A stretch of 64,000 nt of DNA from Tubulanus polymorphus (taxonomy: Eukaryota; Animalia; Nemertea), in contig NC_134028.1 in the NCBI RefSeq assembly GCF_964204645.1, forward strand, positions 1,736,001-1,800,000. The letters run 5' to 3'. Shown piece after piece: positions 37,001-48,800 of this stretch (the first letter of the stretch is position 1; every line of letters begins with the position of its first letter). The notes under the pieces were generated by a model. The model saw only the letters and a list, made by a program, of their open reading frames with translations, had not been told where the DNA came from and ran no database searches. A program made the translations under genes and the position numbers.

Positions 37001-40000
37001 GAAAGCAATATATCTGAGTTGATGATCTGTGAAATATCAAATCATCTCCCAACCGTAGTGAATAGATTCAGCTCAGCTGTCACCTCTAAAGTATCAGATT
37101 TGAAAAGGAAATCTCGCAGCTGTCTCGGTCAGCAGGTATTATGAAGATTATCATCATATCCGCTGTAGTAAGTAGGAGGCTGCTTAGATATTTTATCGAG
37201 AGAAATATCAACAACAAACCTACGAACGATCGATGGATCCGAATGAAAAAGATGTCAAGGAACTGCTGAAAATTAACATGCAATAAAACAGTTTATACCG
37301 ACAGCCAATAGAACAGCCCAACAGTAGGCCCTATTAAATCCACCATTTTTTCTCATAATATGTAATATCGAAATATTTACCTATATAGCACTGGTTGTTA
37401 ATGCATATTATATTGGTAGTACTTGTACCAGGAGTGGTGGTGGTGGTTAATCCGATTCACGTACACACGTACAAAGCCCAAAAATAGTAGCAGTAGTAGG
37501 AACGTAGCTATAATGCTTTAGTAGTAGTAGTAGTAGTAGTAGTAACAAGCAACTGCCCGTTGGTGGCGACCTCTACCCCGATGTAGTAGTGCGAGGGTTA
37601 ACCTGCAGTATAACGCCATCTATGAGCACACATAGACGCGGCGGTGCCCAGGAAAGAGTAGTAGTGGAAGTAGTGGCGAAGTAGTAGTAGTAGTAGTAGT
37701 TTATTTAAGTAGTACGGTAGTAGTAGTGATGGTAGGTGGTAGTGTTTCTCGTAGTACAGTTCCCTATGGGTATATAATAGAGCAACATATATAACACACA
37801 TCATCAATATCAGAACACATGTAGTATATAAGAGATATGAATAGTACTAAAGTAACAACACTGAATTTGAAAACATGGGCCACTCTCTCCCTACCTTCCA
37901 AACACCGGCTTACAGTTAGAAATGGGAATAACAACCCAATTTTAGGATAGCAAGATCCTTGTATATCCTATGCATTATCGATCTGAAACCACTTCCTACA
38001 TTGCCCATATTTAGTGTGAAGTTTGGACAATCATTGCGACAAAAATGTCTAATCACTGATGTTCAGAATTAGCCATTTGATGTCAAATCAAAATCAAAAT
38101 GAGTAGACTTTATGTTCGCGTGAAGCCTCAAGTATTGAAATTCTAAAGGTGATGTAGGCTGCCGATTGATATTCAAAAGGTTAAGCCTTGATTCGCCTAA
38201 AATAGAACTTATACATAGAATTCCAAATCAGAATTTGACAAAATTGTATTCAATTGAACTAATTCTATCTTTAGAGCCATCAAATTCCACTCACAACTTC
38301 GGAACTGGACATAAATACAAATTCAACCGTAGACAGATTGATTGATCTCAAATAGGAATTCACTCATGAAGTTGAACGAACACGTATTACAGGCCTCGTA
38401 AAGAGCAATGAATACCAACAATATATCGACGACATATTAAAAATGTCTTCTATTGAATAGAGAACTATGCAGCTGACATTGGATACAATAATGAATTAAC
38501 CATTAAGCGATATGATTTATCATTTACTTCGGTTTTGTATAGAGCCGTATAGTTCCATTACACGTTTATTGCCATGAACACCAATCCCATATAAGCAGCT
38601 TACGTAAACCCTGCAGGAATTCGCAACAACTATTTATCATCATCCTCTATGCTTTATGACAAATCATCCGCATTATTTGACCGGCTACATATGAACTACC
38701 GCTGCACCAGTATTACAACCATTTTTCAAAAATACTTGATTCAGTAGTAGTAGCGAGCCCTAACACACAATTGAGGATCCAGTTCTATCCGAGTAGTGAG
38801 TGTTAAAATCAGGAGTCAGTAGAGTCAGATGGAGATGACTGATTATCATTGAGCAGATAACATCACTTTTCATCCATCATTTGTTATGTAAGATGGTAGG
38901 ACATGCTCGGTCCAAGGTTCATAAAAACGACCCCTGTATCTTATTCCAGAAATCTTTTCATCGTGACAGACAGCTTTTTTTTTTCCTTAGTAGAATAACC
39001 TCATGACAGATAAACCACAATTCCCTATTTACAGATGGACAAATTATGGGGTACCGGTACGACGATAAGCGACATGGAAATTCTTCGATATGATACTTCC
39101 CGATAGATTTCAAATTTGCAAAACTGAACTGTTCACTACCCCCGGAAAACCTTTTATATAAAAATCAACTATCGAATAAAAAACAGAGTGGCCCGATGTA
39201 TGATGGAAAATAAAATGATGATACAAATAATTCAAAGTTCCGTATGATTTTTGAAGAAAGATTATATAGTTTTTTCTTTTTAAATTTTCCGCAAATATAA
39301 CCTCACCTGCTGTAGGATCTGTACGGTCGTGACATTCTGGAAAACATTTTAAACAGGCATTCATTTTAATTTGATGGAATTCAAAATTTATAAGTACGAA
39401 AATCGATTTTTTAAAACATTATGATGGAATTATTCGCACACGTGACACTTCAATGGGATCAATCTGTCAGGCGCAGGTATTGTAAAGCGAATGGATACGA
39501 GTGCTTCGGGAAACAATCACAAACTTGTTTCAAATGCCTCATATCGATTATTTTTCAAAATGAAATACAATATCGTACTCGGGACTTGTTTGTTAGATTT
39601 ACTTTGGAACGTTGCCCAAGACTACATTATACGTACTTGATCAGATTAAAAACATGAACAAAAAAATTCAATTCCACATTTGTTGCGGATAGAAATTCAC
39701 GACTGTTGAATTTTGTCGTAAAATAAAAAGATATTTTAACTTACTCATCGACCTTAAGTTGACATTGTTGGTTAAAATAAGTCGATTTCTTCAAATTTTA
39801 CGAGCAAAGTGAAGGCGAAAATATGGAACTTGAAGCATTGAAATTTTCAGCAATCAACATTAAAAGTTTGCAGCCAACTCTTTCAAACTTTTCCTATTTT
39901 TCGAATGTTTTTTCAATCATGGATTGAATTACATTGCATTTGTCAAATATTTACCTTCTCTGGAAACGTGGACCACCGCGACCGCCCCCGTATCGCCCGG

Positions 40001-40661
40001 AGGAACCACGACGGCCCCGCGGCTCGTAAGGACGCGCGTGCTCAACTCTGACTCTTTTACCGCAGATCATTCTGTAAAAACACGAGAAAATAAATAGATT
40101 ATTCAAGGAATAGAGAAAATTCATGTTAATTCAATGCAATGAACTTCTATATGACCCTGTACTGTATTATCAATGACAATCATTATCATAATTAGTAGGG
40201 TCATATAGAAGTTCTTTGCATTAAAGTCACTGATATTATTAAAATATTATCATAATGTTTTTAATAATATCAGTGACTTTCTGATCTCTACTTAGAAGAA
40301 ATTCCCTTATCTACTACTTAGAAGAATTTCAGTACCTGCCATCATTATCTTTTACTGCTCGTTCGGCATCTTCACCATATTTATAAACGAGGAAAGCAAA
40401 TCCCGGTGGATTCCTGAAAATAAACAACCAAAACAGGAATAACGTTCCATAAAATATTGTGAGGAATAAAACTTAATTTTCATTTAATTTATTTGATGAG
40501 AAACCGACTAACCTAGCGACCCAAACATCGATAAGCGGTCCGTGGTAGGCGAATTCCTTCTCCAGTTGAAACTTGCCGATACCTGAACCTAGATCACCAA
40601 CAAATATACGATATCCGCCGTAGGTTCGATCGTGAATCGCGCATTTTGGGGCCCCAGACAT
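34011..40661 (-). CDS. SR splicing factor, SRSF3/SRSF7 (RBP1/Rsf1-like) family: single RRM, no zinc knuckle, long RS domain
   Basis: Exons 40661-40513, 40413-40336, 40071-39955, 36610-36560, 34996-34970, 34869-34645, 34317-34011. Diagnostic VWVARNPPGFAF, then AERAVKDNDGRMICGKRVRVEH, then RS repeats. Probable poly(A) signal at 32342-32337. Confidence 0.9.
37381..37763 (-). other. Predicted poison (PTC-containing) cassette exon in SR gene intron 3
   Basis: Acceptor CCCATAG|G at 37764/37763 and donor TAG|GTAAAT at 37381/37380. In frame with exon 3 it reads ..R-ELYYEKHYHL..YTAG and stops at TAA 37600-37598. The exon is dense in CTA/ACTAC repeats. Confidence 0.65.
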
Positions 40662-41516
40662 GATTTGAGGAGGAATCTCTCGGCATCAGCGAATTAATAA
40701 GCCGCAGGTTTGCGTTGATTGGTTTAATGGTCGGAAGCGCCCCAGCTGGTGGCCTAGACTGGTTTCCGGTGTTTTGGACAGACAACCAGTCTACTGGTGG
40801 CCGAGCTAGAGTTTTTGATTGGCAGATACCCGCAACAACCTATTCCACAGTAACCTATACCGGAAAATTTGTTTGGTCACTCTAAAACTTAACTAGTGGT
40901 TTTTATTAATATTTCGACACATTGCCGTTACCAGCCTGTGCTGCCATCTCTTAAAATCTTGAAATGACCTCGAAAGAACTGTATGGATGTGTCGACGCGA
41001 TCGATTGGTTCCGAGCGGCAAACCTCCAACTCAGCAACCAATCGAAATAGAGCTTTCAACACCATACCACAGCTGGAAGGACGGTCGGAAGGACGACGAG
41101 AAAAGTAAATTTTCCACCGAATATTTTTCGATAGCCGTGTAAATACGATCACTCTCTCCTCATCGAAGCCTCATTTACTCCTCGACTGATACACCTCACA
41201 GTCACAGTTCGAGATATTGTATGAAAATACTTAGGAGGTAAATAAACAACACACAGCGCCTCAGCAGACAGTAGACACCGTAGTTTCTCTCTATCTAGTT
41301 TTTTTCAGTCATGTTGTTGACTTTTGGTCGATTTTCACCCACCGGATGGATGTTTGTCGTCGTCAATAATGTTGTGTTGCGAGTTTGGTTGACATTGCTT
41401 TAGGATAGAATTAACAGATGAAATCCGTTTGCATTTTTATGTCAGTCATTCTCAGTACCGTGACAAAACAACAGTCAAATCTGGAGCCTACTACTTTAAC
41501 AACGCAGTATAGTAGG

Positions 41517-41860
41517 TCACACCACATCACATGATGCTCTCCGTTCGTCCCTCCCATCTTGTGACATTTTCATCCTTAAATTTGTTAATAATTCATCGGT
41601 TGATCTGAGGAGGTTATTATGCATCGATTTGACACTAAAATCAGTTGTTGCATTGAGATAACCTCTATATGATGATACTTTAGCGTCAGACGTTGTAGGG
41701 AACTGGTAACAACGACTGGTATTCAGACTATAATGTTACTTACTGTTTATCACACCACATGATGATGCTCTCCGTTCGTCCCTCCCGTCTTGTAACATTT
41801 TCATCCATAAATTTATTAATAAGTCATTGGTTGATCTGAGTGTATTATGCATCAATTTGT
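41517..41860. repeat. Imperfect ~115-bp direct duplication with box C/D-like motifs
   Basis: Copies at ~41517-41631 and ~41750-41860 share TGATGCTCTCCGTTCGTCCCTCCC...GGTTGATCTGAG...TATTATGCATC. Confidence 0.8.
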
Positions 41861-42850
41861 TCTAGAGTGAGGATTTTGCACTCAGAACTAAAACTGATTT
41901 CGCACAAACTTGTTAATATTTTTATCTTTCAGTAATTAGTAGTCGGTAGCTTTTTATGACTATTTGTGTCGAATACGAGACCAATAATGCACTTAGTGCC
42001 ATTTTCCTAGGGGACAGGGATTTGATTGATAACGAAGACTTTGAATCAAAACAGTTTCGCTTATCTTAGTAATTGATAGGTTGAGTTAGTTGTTGGAGCA
42101 TGTACGGGCTGTTGCTGCACAGCTGTTTATAATGGTTAAATCTATTTTACCACAGGCAAAAACTAAAGTCAACTTTAGTTTAAGCCTTACTTGTTGTTAA
42201 AAGAAAGAAGTCATTGCTTTCTTAGAATCTTTACCAGGGAGTGTTGAATATTGAGATATTCTGTTGAGCATTTTAAACCACTTCCCAAGTGGGCGTGGTT
42301 TCCCTGGACCCCTAGTTTGGATTTGCTTAAACTGAAATTTATTGAACTTGCGTTTGTCACAAAAAAATTTCCTCGAAAAGAAGGAAAGCCCCCAACACAA
42401 TGCCAGGCAGCCTTTATTTGAAAAAGCTTTGAAATAAGTAATTTCAATAAACATGTATACGTTAGGAGTCTGTGATTAAATGTAGGCGTAGTCATCGATC
42501 AATGGTAGACCATCTATAAATAAAACTTCTATCAACATCGATATATTTGTTTATTTATGTCAATCTATATCTCGCATTCTTTCAGGCTTCAAAATACTGA
42601 CAGAACAACAGTCGATCTAGTATTGGAATGTCAACAAAGACAAGGAAGTTGAATTCCTCACCATTCGAATGAAAGAAACAAATAATCGGGGAAAACCCAA
42701 CGAGTAACTCACTCATCAAACAAATTGAATGATTGCGTAATCAGAGTGGCTCCTATGCCAAATCCTACCCTCGTCATTTACAAAAGACATTTCAACGTAA
42801 TTCGGACGTTTTATAAAAGTTGATCGAGAGCTAAACGCGACGCACACAAA

Positions 42851-45824
42851 ATGCAAAGATTACGGACGTTAAGTTTCGGGGCGTTGGCTCCTACGCTTCG
42901 CGCTCTCTCGAGGAATGACATCTCAAGACACCCTCTTCAACAACAGTTAGTCAAGTGTTACAGTTCGCAAGTAGTTGCCGAACCATTTCTCAATGGCAGC
43001 TCTTCGAGTTATATGGAGGAGATGTACAACTCTTGGCTCGAAGATCCCAAAAGTGTACATAAGGTAGGTTATTTCTCATAGGAAGTATTGCTTTAAGACT
43101 TGTCGACTGTTCTTGATTTTTGTATTCGTTCGTCTGGTCTGAAAAATGTTTTAATTTTCCTTGAGAAGATTTCCCCTTGACGTGTTGATAATGAAACGGA
43201 ATTAATGTAATATTTGAAATCTTTTATCATGGACGTATGAATGTCAAATAGAATATTTTTAAATGTTATTTAGCAAACAGTTGTTGCTATAAGCTCCCTT
43301 TTAGCGTAATGCTTAAGATATTTTACTTTTCATTTCAGTCTTGGGATGCATTTTTTCGCAATACAACAGCTGGCGCCCAACCCGGGCAGGCGTACCAACG
43401 GCCACCGTCACTCACTTCAGATTCGATGTCGTTGAGTCCAGTTGCAGCGATGAGTCAAGTGGCATCTGCAGATACGAAGACAATCACAGATCATCTTTCT
43501 GTACAAGCTATCATCCGATCATATCAGGTAATGTACACCGGTTCCAATCAGTTGGTTTCTGCTAACTTTCTGACCATTCGGAGTCTTATGAATCTATTGA
43601 TAAATGCGTGAAGGTTCGATATCTCTTGTGTTCGATATTTGTTCGTTATATTTTATTTCACTCCGTTGGTCATATTTTCGTGTTTAACTAGACTTTACTA
43701 CGAATTGACCCGTTTATTACTCGCTTGACCTATTTCAAGTGTTCATCTGAAGTGTTCTTCCATTAATAATTGAAATGCTTTGTTGTTAAAGTTCAGTGAT
43801 TTCCCTTATTATTTTCCCACATAGTTTATGAATAGGGAAATCGATCTTGTGACTGAACGTTAATTACCACCAATTACTTCAACGTTCATAAATTCTCAGC
43901 AAAACTTCTCGGTACAGCATTAAATATTGAAGCTCTACGTTTTATATTTTTGAAAATCTAAGCCTTTTATTATACACTACTGTACATGCATTGTTTGAAT
44001 TTGATGAATTCATGTATGTTTTGTAACCAGTAACAGAAAGGCAGCATTTTTCCTGTCAGATTGTTACCCACGCAGACGGTAGGTGCCGTAGTCCACTAAA
44101 TTGATTAATTTGAATGACTGACATTCAAAAGTTAATGATGTCGGTTGTCTACTTGACTGTAGTATCAAAAATGATGTTTTAATTCTCTGTATTTCAAATT
44201 CAATTGAAACTTTCTCAAAACACCTGCGATAATTGTGTGTTAACTGCCTCTATTCTATTGATTTATGCTAGAAATTAGATATTTGCTGTTAATTCGTTCA
44301 TTTTGATGTTCGAAATGTTTTTGAAATGTGACCGCCAATACATACATCTGTGTGTTGTAGTGGATGTGTTCTGTTTGTAGGTTCGGGGTCATAACATCGC
44401 TCAGTTAGACCCTCTCGGTATTCTAAGTGCAGATCTCGATTCTTCCATGCCTCCAGAATTAACTTTACAAAACTACCGTCTAGGTAGGTAGTGCTGCCGC
44501 TATCTGCCATTACAGTGGATCAGCAAGAAAACAAAAACACATGTCGTCTGTGTTTTACTTTAATGGTGGCGATTGCATTAAAAATGATGATGGGTATGAT
44601 TGTGAACGTTCACTGAGCTTGATTCTGTTCGTACAGATTTCTGTATTTTGAAATATTTTCTATTTTCATTCATGAAATCATCATTTTTATGTCAAAATTG
44701 CATTTTGTCTTACTGATTACTCATCATAATTAACCCTTTAACATCGATATCTAGACACTCCTATGTGCATCACTCTTGGAATGTTGATGTATTATTTGCT
44801 TCGTTGCATTTTTTTGAAGTTGTAAAGGACTCTCATTCTGTTGCGCTATGTTTATAGAATTCATGTCGAGGCAACTCAATATTTACCACTAAATTTTGCA
44901 TGCTGGCTTAAAACGGTGGTCATTATTAGAATAAGAAAAGTGTATTAAGCCCTGTATGCGCATTGTGTACTGTTTCCTTCGCAGGTTTGAAACTAGAGAA
45001 ATACTGAAACCTGAAGGCGGTCTATAGACGGTCTTTAGTTGCTAAACAGTCAGATCGGCACGTGCAGGACAGGGCTTCAGATTCAGTTTCAATCACAATT
45101 GTTACTTCGTCATATTTCAAGGGTGATGTACACGTCTCCATCTCTCCAGTGACAACCACTACTTTACATATACGTATATACTATACTGAAAACAGACTGG
45201 AAAAACTAAACTAACATGTGTGTATTACACCAGAATAGGCAGACAGACAGGCAGGCTTCCCTCATCAACTACGAACGCCGGCAACAACCGTTGACAAGGA
45301 CCTACATCGCGCTTAAATACAGCTTCCATAGTGGTGTATGTTTATTTATAATTGTAGATCGCCGGGCATACGTTAGCAGCCCTGGACCCACTCGCCTTAT
45401 CACCAAATATAAACGTTCCAGTACAACTGACGATGCCCTATTACCAGTTTGGTAAGACGTAAAAACGTGAAAAAAAAAAATACCTCAAAATACAACAAAT
45501 TGAACGGTGAAATATCTTCCTGCACTCGTTCATTGATATTCTGTGTATGTGTGGTTGTAGCAAGTATTCATTTCACGTCTACGCGTTTTCTTTTCCTGTA
45601 AAAGAATGCTATTTCAGTAGAACTTTATTTTCTAGGGTGTTCGATTCGGGCGATTATCCTGCTCGGGTAGCCCGGAGTTATCTCGGGGAATGCCGTGAGT
45701 CGTTCATTTTGTCCATCACGTGGTACAAACGAGCTCCTCCGCGGGCGAGGCCGAATACACCTCCTCGGAGAGTATATTTAACCCGAGTTGTTCTGAGAAG
45801 CGAATCGAACGCCCTATCATAAGC

Positions 45825-45865
<41 letters not shown>

Positions 45866-48800
45866 GTATATATTATCTACTATGCATATTTTCACGTGTG
45901 ATTTTTTCTTTCGGTTTTGAAAGTAACGTTTTCCGCTAATGGCTGCTTGGTGGCTATCTTACTTTCAATCGAGTATATCCAGCTTACATTTCATACGTAC
46001 CATTAAGAAGCCTTTATGAATAATCAATTTGTGACGTTATCTTTTTGAAATATTTTACTAAAGGAAGCACCAATTGTTTGTAAAGCTCTTTTAAACTTAA
46101 AATCTATCACTGAATTCTTGAATGTCACACAATCTATGTACATTGTACAGATTGCTTTCGATGTTTTGATTATGGATTTTTCGAGCAGTTTTTGTATTAC
46201 GTTTATGTCTGTTGTTTTTATTTGGCTGTTTATCAAATGTCGAATGCTGGGTTGTTGTCGTTTGTAGTAAGATTTTCACCATCTCGATCATTAATAACTT
46301 TCTGTACTGTATCTTTATTTACTGTGGAACTGTAGCCACCATTATCGCTGTCAGGGGACACTAGAAATTATCCGCCATTCTCTTCTATGATTTCTGTTAT
46401 TTCTATACATGGTGATCCAAAAAAGCAACAACCTCATACGTCCAATTTTCCGAGTCCTATCGACATTGATGGAAAGCAAAATTTAATTAGATAGAAAATG
46501 ACACCCAAAACTCTTGATTTCGTAAAGTAACTTTCGTTCCACTGCCATTATTATGAAACTTAATTATAGGTTCTATTGAATAGTAACTTTCCCGCAGGTT
46601 GAAGATAATACCAGTCTATAAAACCGGGCCCCATAGTTTTTGGTGTCATTTCCTTCATAAGAAAATTTCATATCCATCTTAGTGAAGGCCTTGGAAAGGT
46701 GGAAAAACACAGGAACCTCGTTATAATGACCTTATAAATGGAACTGCGTTTTTCGATATAATGATTTATGAGTTGCACGAAAACCTAGAATTTCGATATC
46801 AATTTAGCAAACTATCGGCAAAAACTAACAGTATGTTGTAATGATGTCTACTGTATGACGTTGTTTTTTTTGGACCACCCCGTATTCACTACTATCATAC
46901 TATATAGATAGATGAACTCCGTGCTGATTTCTTTACTACCATCGATTGAAAAAATCAATAATCTATACGTCTGGACAGGATCTAATCAAAACACCGTAAA
47001 ACCTTTCAATCCGCGTTTCGTGGCTCGACTGGTAAAATTGATGTTTTGTAACTAAAAGCTTACGGAATCCTGGCCAGAAATAGATAATGCATGTCGTACT
47101 TAGAAAACGGACTAATCTTTTTATTGATACGCATGTTAATAATAGTTGTACGTCGTTTTAGGTTACCTAAATAGAAGATTCGGCCCTCATTAATTGCCAT
47201 TTAGAATTTAGAAATTTCTAAAATGTGAGACTTCGATTTATGCGTCATCGACGACTAATGGATTTATTGTTTTGATTTTGATTGTGTATTTACGTAACAA
47301 TCTGTTTATAGCTTACATTTATTTCAGAAAGTTGTGCGCTGAGAAAACGTTCCTCTCCATATCACAACAATACACAAATACACGTTAACTAAAAATATGT
47401 TCAGTTTATATCATTGATCGATTGAATTATGTTGTTTAAGTACTAGGGGTAGTTCTACGCGCTACAGAATGTTACTATCTATATAGCTGTATTCTCTATA
47501 TATACCTTACTTTTGTTCTGCTGGTAAACGTTGGTGGATTCACAAATAAACTAGAATATTGGGCTTTAATGACAATAAACTTATCCAGTATGTTTTTAAT
47601 GACCAATACAAACAAATACTAGTATCATCGATATGTAGATATTCATACAATCTATCGGTGAAGTACACTAAGTATCGTGAGAATATTGAATTATTTATTG
47701 GAAATATGATAATAACGTTTGGAATACTTTGAATTCAGATCTTTTGAATAATAAACGTTTGACATTGGACACATGATTTCCGTAAATCAATAAATTGGGT
47801 CCCGGCCTTCGAAAAATATTTCACCCGTTTTATATTTAGCACACGATGAAAGTCCAGGTCAAATTGTCGTATGACTTTATTCATCAAATGTGTAATTAAA
47901 AAAAATAGATATGAAAGGTATATTTTAAGACGTTCTGTACGACTAACTACCAGCAGGCGTAGCGGCATGTTCTAACCCTGTAATCAATGTAACTATTTTA
48001 TATTAACTTTGAATGTTTTCTTTCACTAACAACACTTTCAGAAAGATAAGACTTTAATTCGATCGATGAATACAGAAATAAAGATCGAAATGAATAAAAG
48101 AACCTTCCCGTCCTCTCGCGCGCTGCGTCGATCTCGCGCGCTGCGTCGAGAACGCTTCCTCTAACTAAATCAATCGCTAAACCAAATAAAAAAGTTAAAG
48201 CCAGGCAAGGATGTGTGAAGCCTGCCTGTCATCTGTAATTTATTTCATTTTGTTTACGTTGTGTGATTTTGATGGTCATGCTTTAGTGTGTTGTTGTACT
48301 GTATGCTCACATATAGTAGTGGTTTATCACTTTTTTCGAGAGAGTAAGAGACAATTTTTATTTCCAAAGCCTAGTTATTCACAAAAAACATTCTTCAACT
48401 CTTCGACTTTCTCATAAATTTTCGATAAAATCTTTGAAAATTTTAAGTTTGAAATTTTTGTGTCAACTGGGCCCAGAACCGAGCACAATCACTCTATTTC
48501 CCTCTATCAGATCATAGAAGTGTATTCACTTCTATGATCTGATCTTAAGAAACTTATTTGATCACAGAAAGGTCTATGTAGTTATACCTAGAATAACACT
48601 GGTTCACATATATGTAAATCCTTTTCACGAGTAAATTTAGATAAGACGCCTTATTGACTGCTCCCAGATTCCAACTTCTCATTTTGATTTGATAATCAAA
48701 TTTAACCATTCTGCAACAAGCTCTGGAATAGTATTGTAGCGAAACTGGACCCCTTAATTCTTTCAAAATACCCTAGAATTAGCCTTAAATTCTGAGTTGA

